Assembly: GCF_009914755.1 (NCBI RefSeq)
Contig: NC_060927.1
Source of the DNA: the human T2T-CHM13v2.0 reference genome, Homo sapiens
DNA length: 64,000 bases
Reading direction: 5' to 3' (one strand)
Positions within the stretch are counted from its first letter, which is position 1; the number at the start of each line of letters is the position of its first letter. Shown here in pieces: positions 47,700 to 64,000 of this stretch. The notes below the pieces were generated by a model, which saw only the letters and a list, made by a program, of their open reading frames with translations, was not told the origin of the DNA and made no database searches. A program made the translations under genes and the position numbers.

Positions 47700-48716
47700 A
47701 TGGGGAAAAAACAGAGCAGAAAAACTGGAAACTCTAAAAAGCAGAGCGCCTCTCCTCCTCCAAAGGAACGCAATTCCTCACCAGCAACGGAACAAAGCTG
47801 GACGGAGAATGACTTTGATGAGTTGAGAGAAGAAGGATTCAGACGATCAAACTACTCCGAGCTACAGGAGGAAATTCAAACCAAAGGCAAAGAACTTAAA
47901 AACTTTGAAAAAAATTTAGACGAATGTATAACTACAATAACCAATACAGAGAAGTGCTTAAAGGAGCTGATGGAACTGAAAGCCAAGGCTCGAGAACTAT
48001 GTGAAGAATGCAGAAGCCTCAGGAGCCGATGTGATCAACTGGAAGAAAGGGTATCAGTGATGGAAGATGAAATGAATGAAATGAAGCGAGAAGGGAAGTT
48101 TAGAGAAAAAAGAATAAAAAGAAAAGAACAAAGCCTCCAAGAAATATGGGACTATGTGAAAAGACCAAATCTATGTCTGATTGGTGTACCTGAAAGTGAC
48201 GGGGAGAATGGAACCAAGCTGGAAAACACTCTGCAGGATATTATCCAAGAGAACTTCCCCAATCTAGCAAGGCAGGCCAACATTCAGATTCAGGAAATAA
48301 AGAGAATGCCACAAAGATACTCCTCGAGAAGAGCAACTCCAAGACACATAATTGTCAGATTCACCAAAGTTGAAATGAAGGAAAAAATGTTAAGGGCAGC
48401 CAAAGAGAAAGGTCAGGTTACCCACAAAGGGAAGCCCATCAGACTAATAGCGGATCTCTCGGCAGAAACTCTACAAGCCAGAAGAGAGTGGGGGCCAATA
48501 TTCAACATTGTTAAAGAAAAGAATTTTCAACCCAGAATTTCATATGCAGCCAAACTAAGCTTCATAAGTGAAGGAAAAATAAAATCCTTTACAGACAAGC
48601 AAATGCTGAGAGATTTTGTCACCACCAGGCCTGCCCTAAAAGAGCTCCTGAAGGAAGCACTAAACATGGAAAGGAACAACCGGTACCAGCCACTGCAAAA
48701 TCATGCCAAAATGTAA
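47700..48716 (+). CDS. L1 ORF1p (RNA-binding protein), uninterrupted 338 aa
   Basis: MGKKQSRKTGNSK...QNHAKM, the canonical ORF1p length. Confidence 0.92.
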   Translation: MGKKQSRKTGNSKKQSASPPPKERNSSPATEQSWTENDFDELREEGFRRSNYSELQEEIQTKGKELKNFEKNLDECITTITNTEKCLKELMELKAKARELCEECRSLRSRCDQLEERVSVMEDEMNEMKREGKFREKRIKRKEQSLQEIWDYVKRPNLCLIGVPESDGENGTKLENTLQDIIQENFPNLARQANIQIQEIKRMPQRYSSRRATPRHIIVRFTKVEMKEKMLRAAKEKGQVTHKGKPIRLIADLSAETLQARREWGPIFNIVKEKNFQPRISYAAKLSFISEGKIKSFTDKQMLRDFVTTRPALKELLKEALNMERNNRYQPLQNHAKM

Positions 48717-48779
48717 AGACCATTGAAACTAGGAAGGAACTGCATCAACTAACGAGCAAAATAACCAGCTAACATCATA

Positions 48780-52605
<3,826 letters not shown>

Positions 52606-52881
52606 ACAATGAGAACACATCGACACAGGAAGGGGAACATCACACTCTGGGGACTGTTGCGGGGTAGGGGGAGGGGGGAGGGATAGCATTAGGAGATATA
52701 CCTAATGCTAAATGATGAGTTAATGGGTGCAGCACACCAGCATGGCACATGTAAGCATATGTAACTAAGCTGCACATTGTGCACATGTATCCTAAAACTT
52801 AAAGTGTAATAATAATAAATTAAAAAAAGAAGTTAAAAAAACAAAAAAACAAAAACAAAAACAAAACAAAAGAACACAACA

Positions 52882-53001
52882 TGAGATCTACCCTCTTAGC
52901 AAATTCTTACATACATATACAGTACAGTATTGTTAACCACAGGCAGTATGCTGGGTAGTCAGTGTCTAGGACATAGTCATCTTACATAATTAAAACTTTG
53001 T
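52882..53001 (-). mobile_element. Piece of an L1MA9-like 3' UTR between the two plus-strand L1s
   Basis: tgagatctaccctcttagcaaatt...cagtattgttaac...aaaactttgt is colinear with 46548-46636 and 59471-59693. Confidence 0.8.
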
Positions 53002-56000
53002 GTGATTTGCTGGCAAGATGGCCAAAGAGGAACAGCTCCTATCTGCAGCTCCCAGTGAGATGGATGCAGAAGGTGGGTGATTTCTGCATTTCTAACTGAG
53101 GTACCCAGTTCATCTCACTGGGACTGGTTGGACAGTGGGTGTAGCCCAAGGAGGGCGAGCCAAAACAGGGTGGGGCGTTGCCTCACCCAGGAAGCCCAAG
53201 GGGTCAGGGAACTCCCCTTCTATCCAAGGGAAACCGTTAGGGACTGTACCATGCACTCTGACCCAGAAAAGGCACTTTTCCCACGGTCTTCACAACTCAC
53301 AGACCAGAAGATTTCCTCCGGTGCCTACACCACCAGGGCATTGGGTTTCCAGCACAAAAATGTGTGGCCCTTTGGGCAGACACAGAGCTAGCCACAAGAG
53401 TTTTTTTCATACCCCAGTGGTGCCTGGAATGCCAGTGAGACAGAACCGTTCACTTACCTGGAAAGGGGGCTGAAGGCAGGGAGCCAAGTAGTGTGGCTCG
53501 GCGGGGTCCCACCCCCACAGAGTCCAGCAAGATAAGATCCGCTGGCTTGAAATTCTCATGCCAGCACAGCAGTCTGAGCTCAACCTGGAACCCTCAAGCT
53601 TGGTGGGGGGAGGGGCATCCGCCACTCCTTAGGCGTGAGTAGGTGGTTTTACCCCCACAGTGTAAACAAAGCCGCCAGGAAGTTTGAACTGGGCAGAGCA
53701 CACCATGCTCAACAAGGCCGCTGTGGCCAGCCTGTCTCTAAATTCCCTCCTCTCTGGGCAAGGCATCTCTGAGAAAAAGGCAGCAGCCCCAGTCAGGGAC
53801 TTATAGATAAAACCTCCACGTCCCTGGGACAGAGCATCTAGGGGAAGGAGCAGTTGTGGGTGCAGCTTCAGCAGACTTAAACATCCCTACCTGGCAGCTC
53901 TGATGAGAGCAGTAAATCTCCCAGCACAGCATTCGAGCTATGATAAGGGACAGCTTGCCTCCTAAAGTGGGTCCCTGACCCCACATATACTGATGGGGAG
54001 ACACCTCCCAGTAGGGGCCAACAGACATCGCATACAAGAGAGCTCTGGCTGGCATCTGGTGGGTGCCCCTCTGGGATGAAGCTTCCAGAGGAAGGAACAG
54101 GCAGCAATCTTTGCTGTTCTGCAACCTCCACCTGTGATACCCAGGCAAACAGGGTCTGGAGTGGACCTCTAGCAAACTCCAGCAGACCTGCAGAGAGGGG
54201 CCTGACTGTTAGAAGGAAAACTAATAAACAGAAAGGAATAGTATCAATATCAACAGAAAGGATATCCAATCAGAGACCCCATCTGATGATCACCGACTTC
54301 AAAGACCAAAGGTAGATAAATCCACAAGGATAGGGAGAAAACAGTGCAAAAAGACTGAAAATTCCAAAAACCAGAATGGCTTTTCTCCTCCAAAGGATCA
54401 CAACTCCTTGTCAGCAAGGGAACAAAACTGGATGGAGAATGAGTTTGATGAACTGACAGAAGTAGGCTTCAGAAGGTGGGTAATAGCAAACTTCTCCAAG
54501 CTAAAGGAGCATGTTCTAACCCAATACAAGCAAGCTAAGAACTAAGAACCTTGAAAAAAGATTAGAGAAACTGCTAACTAGAATAACCAGTTTAGAGAAG
54601 AAAATAAATGACCTGATGGAGGTGAAAAACACAAAGCATGAGAACTTTGTGAAGCATACACAAGTATCAATAGCCAAATCGATCAAGCAGAAGAAAGGAT
54701 ATCAGAGATTGAAGACCAACTCAATGAAATGATGTGGGAAGACAAGATTAGAGAAAAAAAAGTAAAAAGAGACAAACAAAGCCTCTAAGAAATATGGGAC
54801 TATGGGAAAAGACGAAATCTACGTTTGATTGGTGTGCCAGAAAGTGACGGGGGCAATGGAACCAAGTTGGAAAACGCTCTTCAGGATATTATCCAGAACT
54901 TCCCCAACCTAGCAAGGCAGGCCAACATTCAAATTCAGGAAATACAGAAAACACCACAAAGATATTCCTTGAGAAGAGCAACCCTAAGACACATAATTGT
55001 CAGATTCACCAAAGTTAAAATAAGGAAAAAATGTGAAGGGGAGCCAGAGAGAAAGGTCAGGTTACCCACAAAGGGAAGCCCATCAGACTAACAGTGGATC
55101 TCTTGGCAGAAACCTTACAAGCCAGAAGAGAGTAGGGGCCAGTATTCAACATTCTTAGGAAAGAATTTTCAACCCAAAATTTCATATCCAGTCAAACTAA
55201 GCTTCATATGCGAAGAAGAAATAAAATCCTTTACAGATAAGGAAATGCTGAGAGATTTTGTCATCACCAGGCCTACCCTACAAGAGGTCCTGAAGGAAGC
55301 ACTAAACATGGAAAGGAACAACCGGTACCAGTCACTGCAAAAACACACCAAATTGTAAAGACCATCGATGCTATGAAGAAACTGCATCAACTAACAGGCA
55401 AAATAACCAGCTAGCATTTACAATGGCATGATCAGATTTATACATAACAGTATTACCTTAAATGTAAATGTGATAAATGCCCGAATTAAAAGACACAGAC
55501 TGGCAAGTTGGATAAAGAGTCAAGACCCATTGGTGTGCTGTATTCAGGAGATCCATCTCATGTGCAAAGAAACAAATGGGCTCAAAATAAAGGGATGGAG
55601 GGATATTTAACAAGTAAATGGAAAGTTAAAAAAAAAATTAAAGAGCAGTGTTGCAATCCTAGTCTCTGATAAAACAGACTTTAAACCAACAAAGAACAAA
55701 AGAGACAAAGAAGGGCATTACAAAATGGTAAAGGGATCAATGCAACAAGAAGAGATAACTATCCTAAATATATATGCACCTAATACAGGAGCACCAACAT
55801 TCATAAACCAAGTTTTTAGAGACCTATAAAGAGACTTAGACTCCCACACAATGATAGTGGGAGACTTTAACACCACACTGTGAATATTAGACAGATCAAT
55901 GAGAAAGAAAATTAACAAGGATATCCAGGACTTGAACTCAGCTCTGGACCAAGGGGACATGATAGACATCTACAGAATTCTCCAACCCAAATCATCAGAA

Positions 56001-59000
56001 TATACTTTCTTCTCAGCACCACATCGCACTTATTCTAAAATCAACTACATAATTGAAAGTAAAACACTCCTCAGCAAATGCAAAAGAACAGAAATCATAA
56101 CAAACAGTTTCTCAGACCACAGTGCAATCAAATTCGAACTCAGGATTAAGAAACACATTCGAAACTGTGCAACTACATGGAAACTGAATGCCATGCTCCT
56201 GAATGACTACTGGGTAAAGAATGAAATTAAGGCAGAAATAAAGATGTTCTTTGAAACCAATGAGAACAAAGACACAACGTACCAGAATCTCTGGGTCACA
56301 TTTAAAGCAGTGTGTAGAGGGAAATTTATAGCACTAAATGCCCACAAGAGAAAGTAGGAAAGATCTAAAATGGACACCCTAACATCACAATGAAAAGAAC
56401 TAGAGAAGCAAGAGCAAACAGATCCAAAACCTAGCAGAAGACAAGAAATAACTAAGATCAGAGCAGAAATGAAGGAGATAGAGACATGAAAAACCCTTCA
56501 AAAAATCAATGAATCCAGGAGCTGGTTTTGTGAAAAGATCAACAAAATAGATACACCACTAGCCAGGGAAGAAAGAAGAATCAAATAGTTTCAATAAAAA
56601 ATGATAAAGGGGATATCACCAGCAATCCTGCAGAAATACAAACTACCATCAGAGAATACTAAAAACATCTCTATGTAAATAAACTAGAAAATCTAGAAGG
56701 AATGGATAAATTCCTGGACACATACACCTTCTCAAGACTAAATGAAGAAGTCGAATCTCTGAATAGACGATAACAAGTTCTGAAATTGAAGCAGCAATTA
56801 ATGGCCTACCAACCAAAAAAAGCCCAGGACCAGAAGGATTCACAGCCAAATTCTACCAGAGGTACAAAAAGGAGCTGCTACCATTCCTTCTGAAACTATT
56901 CCAAACAATAGAAAAAGAGGGACTCCTCCCTAACTCATTTTATGAGGCCAGCATCATCCTGATGCCAAAATGTGGCAGAGACACAACAAGAAAAGAAAAT
57001 TTCAGACCAATATCCCTGATGAACATTGATAGAAAAATCCTGAATAAAATACTGGCAAACCAAATCCAGCAGCACATCAAAAGGCTTATCCACCAAGATC
57101 AAGTCGGCTGCATCCCTGGGATGCAAGGCTGGTTCAACATATGCACATTAATAAATGTAATCTATTACATAAACAGAACCAATGACAAAAACCATATGAT
57201 TATCTCAATAGATGCAGAAAAGGCCTTTGACAAAATTCAACAGCCCTTCACGCTAAAAACTCAAAAATCTAGGTATTGATGGAACGTATCTCAAAATAAT
57301 AAGAGCTATTTATGACAAACCCACAGCCAATATCATAGTGAATGGGCAAAAACTGGAAACATTCCCTTTAAAAACTGGCTCAAGACAAGGATACCTTCTC
57401 TCACCATTCCTATTCAACATAGTATTTGACGTTCCAGCCAGGGCAATCAGGCAAGAAAAAGAAATAGAGGGTATTCAATTAGGAAAAGAGGAACTGAAAT
57501 GTCTGTTTGCAGATGACATGATTGTATATTTAGAAAACCCCATCGTCTCAGCCCCAAATCTCCTTAAGCTGTTAAGCAACTTCAGTAAAGTCTCAGGATA
57601 TAAAATCAATGTGCAAAAATAACAAGTATTCCTATACACCAATAACAGACAAACAGAAAGCTAAATCATGAGTGAACTGCCCTTCACAATTGCTACAAAG
57701 GAAATAAAATACCTAGAAATACAACTCACAAGGGATGTGAAGGACCTCTTGAAGGAAAACTACAAACCACTGCTCAAGGAAATAAGAGAGGACTCAAACA
57801 AATGGAAAACTATTCCATACTCATGGATAGGAAGAATCAATATCATGAAAATGGCCATACTGCTGAAAGTAATTTATAGATTCAATGCTATCCCCATCAA
57901 GCTACCATTGACTATCATCACAGAATTGGAATAAAACTACTTTAAACTTCATATGGAACCAAAAAGGAGCCCCCATAGCCAAGACAATCCTAAGCAAAAA
58001 GAACAAAGCTGGAGGCATCACACTACCTGACTTCAAACTATACTACAAGGCTACAGTAACCAAAACAGCATGGTTCTGGTACCAAAACAGATATATAGAC
58101 CAATGGAATAGAACAGAGGCCTCAGAAATAACACTACACATATACAAGTATCTGATCTTTGACAAACCTGACAAAAACAAGCAATGGGGAAAGGATCCCC
58201 TATTTAATAAATGGTGTTGGGAAAACTGGCTTGCCATATGCAGAAAGCTGAAACTGGATCCCTTCCTTATACCCTATACACAAATTAGCTCAAGATGGAT
58301 TAAAGACTTAAACATAAGACCTAAAACCATAAAAACCCTAGAAGAAAACCTGGGCAATACCATTCTTTCAGGACATCGGCGTGGGCAAGGACTTCATGAC
58401 TAAAACACAAAAGCAATGGCAAGAAAATCCAAAATTGACAAATGGGATCTTATTAAACTAAAGAGCTTCTGCACAGCAGAAGAAACTATCATTAGAGTGA
58501 ACAGGCAACCTACAGAATGGGAGAAAATTTTTGCAATCTATCCATCTGACAAAGGGCTAATATCCAGAATCTACAAAGAACTTAAACAAATTTATAAGAA
58601 AAAACAAACAGCCGCATCAAAAAGTGGGTGAAGGATATGGACAGACACTTCTCAAAGGAAGACATTTATGCAGCCAACAAACTTATGAAAAATAGCTCAT
58701 CACTGGTCATTAGAGAAATGCAAATGAAAACCACAATGAGATACCATCTCACACCAGTTAGAGTGGTGATCATTAAAAAGTCAGGAAACAACAGATGCTG
58801 GAGTGGATGTGGAGAAACAGGAACGCTTTTACACTGTCGGTGGGAGTGTCAATTAGTTCAACCATTGTGGATGACAGTGTGGCGATTCCTCAAGGATCTA
58901 GAACTAGAAATACCATTTGACCCAAAAATCCCATTACTGGGTATATAACCAAAGAATTACAAATCACTCTACTACAAACAGACATGCACGTGTATGTTTA

Positions 59001-59460
59001 TTGTGGCACTGTTTACAACAGCAAAGACTTGGAACCAAACCCAATGCCCATCAATGATAGACTGGATAAAGAAAATGTGGCACATATACACCATGGAATA
59101 CTATGCAGCCATAAAAAAGCATGAGTTTATGTCCTTTGCAGGGAGACAGATGACACTGGAAACCATTATTCTCAGCAAACTAACACAAAAACAGAAAATC
59201 AAACACCGCATGTTCTCGCTCATAAGTGGGAGTTGATTAATGAGAATGCATGGACACAGGGAGGGGAACATCACACACTGGGGCATGTTGGGGGGTTGGG
59301 GACTAGGGAAGGGATAGCATTAGGAGAAATATCTAATGTAGATGACGGATTGATGGGTGCAGCAAACCACCATGGCACGTGTATACCTATGTAACAAACC
59401 TGCACGTTCTGCACATGTACCTCAGATCTTAAAGTATGATAAAAATAAAAAATAAAAAAT
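53002..59460 (+). mobile_element. Near-full-length L1PA7/8-like element, ORFs disrupted
   Basis: gctggcaagatggcc 5' end, fragmented ORF1/ORF2, 3' UTR and A tail. Degenerate TSD aaaactttgt/atatctttgt. Confidence 0.96.
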
Positions 59461-59470
59461 ATATCTTTGT

Positions 59471-59693
59471 ACCCTTTGACTATCATCTCACTATTTCTCC
59501 CACCCTTATACCCTGGCAATCATTTTTCTACTCTCTGCTTCAACAAGTTTGACTATTTTATATTCCTCATATCACTGGGATCACATAGCATTTGTCCTCT
59601 TGTGTCTGGCTCATTTTACTTAGCATCATGTCTTCCAGGTTCATCCATGTTGTGTCAAATGACAGGATTTCTTTCTTTTTTGAAGGCTGAATA
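59471..59693 (-). mobile_element. Continuation of the L1MA9-like host
   Basis: accctttgactatcatctc...ggttcatccatgttgt...aaggctgaata. Confidence 0.8.
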
Positions 59694-59695
59694 CT

Positions 59696-60309
59696 TGTAT
59701 TCATCTTCTATTGCTGCCATAACAAATGACCACAAGCTTAACACAAATTTTTTAGCTCACAGTGTCGCAGGTCATAAGCCCAGTTGGCTTGACTGATTGT
59801 GCTCCTCTGGCTTCCACGAGGCTAAAATCCAGGTTAAGTTCAGCCTGGGCTCTTCTCTGGAATCCTTGGGGGAGAATCTGCTTCCAACCTCATTCATTGT
59901 TTGCAGGATGGTGGCAGAATTTGGTTTAAGCAATGGGAAAACTGAAGTTCTCATTTCCTTGCTGGCTGCCAGCCAGGGGTTATCCTCAGCTTCTAGAGGC
60001 CACCTGCACTCCCCAACTCTTGGCTCCCTTCACCTCAAATCCAGAAACAATGGGACATTTCCTCTCAGGCTTCAGATCTCTCTTGCATCTTCTGCTGCTG
60101 CATCTGGCTCTAGTCCAAGAAATATTTCTTCTTTTAAGGGCTCAAGTGATTAGATTGGACCTAACCAGATAATTCAGACTAATCTCCTCATCTCAAAGTC
60201 TAACCTTAATCACATCTGTAGAGCCTATTTTACCATATAAGGTAACCTATTTACAGGTTCTAGGGATTAGAAGGTGACATCTCTGGGGAACATTGGTTTG
60301 CTTATCACA
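59696..60309 (-). mobile_element. MLT1 (E/F-like) LTR
   Basis: tgtattcatcttctattgctgccataacaaatgaccacaa...ctagggattagaaggtgacatctctgggg. Confidence 0.8.
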
Positions 60310-60369
60310 CTTACCTTCCCTGGGCTGCTCCAGCATCTTCACTTCTACAACAGGGGAGTTGGATGAAAT

Positions 60370-60880
60370 CAGTGTTTCTCAAAGTATGTGAAAACATGCC
60401 TCTGGAGGACCACAACACAAGTTTAGTGAATCCTGCTCTTGGATCTGACGCTAAATGACACCGAGAGTCACACAATGAGATCGCTATTCCCATGCCAGTT
60501 TCTTTCAAGTCTTTATATTAAGGCAGGGAAATAGCCTGTTTGGTTTTAGTATTTCTTTCAGACTGCTCTAATACTTGCTTATTTCCCTTCTTATTGGGAT
60601 GGGGGTTGGGAAGAGAAAGATAAAAAGGAGAGAGAATGAAGCTCAGGTCCCCCATTTCAGAGCCCATCTACCTAGTAAAATTTAACAATGTAATTTTGCT
60701 TTTATTGTATTTGTTTAAACTGCTATACTATGTTTATGGCAAATTGATATTGGTTTTCCATTTACGGTATTCAAATAAATTTTAATTTTAAAATCAATAC
60801 ATGTAGAAAAATCAGTAAATTTGAAGAAAAATATTAAAGAAAGTAACAATTCAGCATATATATATATATATTTTTAGATA
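60370..60880. mobile_element. Possible hAT-Charlie relic
   Basis: Starts with cagtgtttctcaaagt, resembling a Charlie terminal inverted repeat. The extent is uncertain. Confidence 0.4.
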
Positions 60881-60949
60881 AAGTCAGTTCTGTAAAACTA
60901 GCACAAAAATAAAGGAAACTGTGGACCTTCTACACTAGACAACCTCTTA

Positions 60950-61375
60950 ATTCCCTTTGAGCTTCAAAAAAGTTAATTTAACCAATAGGAAAATTGCCCA
61001 AAGCTTGGAAACATGCTTCAAAAGAGAGGCTATTCACCCATTCTCCATGATGGGATTATTTCACATTGTATGCCTGTATCAAAACATCTCCTGTACAATA
61101 TATAAACCTACTATGTACCCACTAAACAAAAAATAAAAAATTTAAAAAACTAACAAAAAAGAAGCTATCCAAATGGCCAAGAAACATATGAAAAGGTGCT
61201 TAGCTTTATTAATAATCAGGACAATGCAAATTAGAATCATAGTGAAACATTATTACATGCCCACCAGACTGACAAAAATTAAAAGGTCTGACAGTACCAA
61301 ATGTGGCAAGATTGTAAAGCAATGAGAATTTCCAGTTACTGTTGTGAGAGGATAAAATGGTGCTCTGGGGGAAAA
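60950..61375 (+). mobile_element. L1ME-like fragment with a nested ~110-bp L1MA 3' end (~61037-61155)
   Basis: The nested piece is flanked by aaaagagaggctattca / aaaaaagaagctatcca. Confidence 0.7.
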
Positions 61376-61871
61376 ATGTGAATGACTTTGAAAAGGTTAC
61401 TATGTGCCCTGTCTAGTGCATCTTTCCAGGTTATTACTGCCTTTCATTGTTTTTCAGCTATTTTACAGTTCTATGAATTTTAGAAAACTGATAGTAAGGC
61501 AAATGATTTTTGCCCGTAGACATGCAAATTGTTTCCAGGGGAATGAAATTGATTATTGCCCAATGTATTTTTGCCAGTTTTGCATCTATTTGTAAATTCA
61601 TTAAAGCCTATATATTTGTCTGTTCTTTAGATTCTCCTTTGAACTGGCTGCAACAGTTACAGTTTCCTTCGTTGATTAATGAGTTAAATAAAATCTTCAA
61701 TGTATTGGCTTTATATTTGTGTGAGAGTCACAATTTTATATTTAGAAAAATATGCTTTAACAGTCTAAACTAGAAAACAGTTTACTATTAACAAGTTATG
61801 ATATGCATAGTCCAATTTTATTGAGTGCTATAACAAGATAACACAGACTGGGTAGTTTAGAAACAACAGAA

Positions 61872-64000
61872 ATTGAATCTATAGATTGCTTTTGACAGTA
61901 TGGTCATTTTCACCATATTGAGTCTTTCTATCCATCTATGAGCATAGGATGTTTTTCCATTTGTTTGTGTCATCTATGATTTTTTTTTCAGTAGTGTTTT
62001 TTAGTTCTCTTTGTAGAGATCTTTTCCCTCCTTGGTAAAGTATATTCCTAAATATTTTATTTTTTAGTGTGTGGCTGTTGTAAAAGGTATTGAGTTCTTA
62101 ATTTCTCAGCTTGGTCACTGTTGGTGTATAGCAGTGCTACTAATTTGTGTACATTGATTTTGTAACCTGAGACTTCACTAAATTCATTTATCAGACCTAG
62201 GAATCATTTGGATGAGTCTCTAAGGTTTTTTAGGTAGACAATCATATCATCAGTGAACAGCGTTAGTTTGACTTTCTCTTTTCCAATTTGGATGCCTTTT
62301 AGTCATTTCTCTTGCCTGATTGCTCTGGCTGGGATTTCCAGTACTGTGCTGAATAGAAGTGGTCAAAGGGGGCATCCTTACCCTGTTCCAGTTCTCACGG
62401 GGAATGCTTTCAACTTTTCCCCATTCAGTATGATATTGGCTGTGGGTCTGTCATAAATGGTTTTGATTAATTTGTGGTAAGTCCCTTCTATGCTAGTTTA
62501 TTAAGGGTTTTTTATCATAACGATATGTTAGATTTTATCAAATGCTTTATCTGTATCTATTGAAATGATCATAAAGTTTTGTTTCTAATCTGCTTAAGTC
62601 ATCAAAAGCAATTGAAACAAAAGCAAAAATTGACAAATAGGATATAAACTAAAGAACTTTGGCACAGCAGAAGAAACTATCATAGAAGTGAACAGATAAT
62701 CTGTAGAATGGGAGAAAATTTTTGCAACCTATCTATCTGACAAATGTCTAATATCCAAGGTGTACAAGGAACTTAAATAAATTTACAAGAAAAAACAACC
62801 CCATTAAAAACTGGGCAAAGGACATGAACAGACATTTCTCAAAAGAAGACACTCATGCAGCCAACAAACACATAAAGACAAGCTCAACATTACTGATCAT
62901 TAGAGAAATGCAGATCAAAACCACAATGAGATGCTATCTCGTGCTTGTCAGAATGGCGATTATTAAAAAGTTAAGAAACAACAGATGCTGGTAAGAATGT
63001 GGAGGAATAGGAACACTTTTACACTGTCGGTGGGAATGTAAATTAGTTCAACCATTGTGGAAGACAGTGTGGCAAATCCTCAAAGACCTAGAACCAGAAA
63101 TACCATTTGACCCAGCAATCCCATTGCTGGGTATATAACCCCCCAAATATAAGTCATTCTATTATAAAGATATATGCACATGTATGTTCATTGCAGCCGA
63201 TTCACAGTAGCAAAGACATGGAATCAATCCAAATACCTATCAATGATAGACTGGGTAAGGAAAATATGGTACATATGTACCATGAAATACTATGCAACCA
63301 TAAAAAGGAAAGAGATCATGTCCTTTGTAGGGATAGCCTTGGCATGGATGGAGCTGGAAGCCATTATCCTCAACAAACTAATTCAGGAATAGACAATCAA
63401 ACACTGCATGTTCTCACCCATAAGTGGGAGCTGAACAATGAGAACATATGGACACAGGGAGGGGAACAACACACACTGGGGTCTGTCATGGGGGCAGTGG
63501 GAGGGAGAGAATCAGGAAAAATAGCTAATGTCTTCTGAGCTTAATACTTAGGTGATGGGTTGATTGGGGCAGCAAACAACCGTGACACATGTTTAACTAT
63601 GTAACAAATCTGCACATCCTGCACATGTACCCTGGATTTTAAAATAAATTACAATTTAATGAAAAAACTATGTTCATGTGATGTATCACATTCATTTACT
63701 TGTGAGTGTTAAACCATTCCTACATCCCTGGTATGAAACCCACTTGATCATGGTGTATTATTTTTTCGATGTGCTGTTGAATTCAGTTGTCTAGCATTTT
63801 GTTGAAGATTTTCACATTTATGTTTATCATGGTTATTGGTTTGTAGTTTTCTTATTTTGTTATGTCCTTTCCTGGTTTTGGTATTAGAGTGATACTGGCT
63901 TCCTAGAATGATTTAGGGAAGATTCCCTCTTTCTCAATCTTTTGCGATAGTTTCAGTAGAATTGGCACCACTTCTTCTTTGAATGTGTGGTAGAATTCAG
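61872..64000 (-). mobile_element. L1PB/old L1PA ORF2 segment running off the window, interrupted at ~62597-63667
   Basis: ORF2 reverse complement that is colinear across the interruption. Confidence 0.88.
62597..63667 (+). mobile_element. 5'-truncated L1PA10-13-like element nested in the opposite orientation
   Basis: ORF2 C-terminus, 3' UTR and A-rich tail. Confidence 0.9.

Noticed and set aside
53407-53625. 72-aa ORF0-like frame in the plus L1PA7/8 (also 41189-41488 in the minus copy)
   Set aside because: The start codon is GTG here and ATA in the other copy, so neither is an ATG-intact ORF0.

Overview
Repeat-rich primate (probably human or great ape) genomic DNA. It is CpG-poor and I cannot support an intact cellular protein-coding gene. 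Three near-full-length L1PA elements dominate: a minus-strand L1PA7/8-like copy at ~35.0-41.9 kb, a plus-strand L1PA3/4-like copy at ~46.7-52.9 kb with an open ORF1, and a plus-strand L1PA7/8-like copy at ~53.0-59.5 kb. The window also holds a complete MST (MaLR) provirus, several solo LTRs, Alus, MIR/L2 and DNA-transposon relics. The main observations are: (1) a heavily decayed, apparently intron-containing SCAN-KRAB(-zinc finger) gene fossil at ~24.7-27.7 kb; (2) many shared non-consensus mutations, including a stop codon, between the two inverted L1PA7/8 copies, suggesting ectopic gene conversion; (3) an Alu-derived 5' extension inside the target-site duplication (TSD) of the L1PA3/4; (4) one small old L1M fragment split by several later insertions; (5) a compact AP-1/REST/CTCF motif cluster at ~13.0 kb. 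Repeat subfamily names come from recalled consensus features by eye and should be confirmed with RepeatMasker/Dfam.
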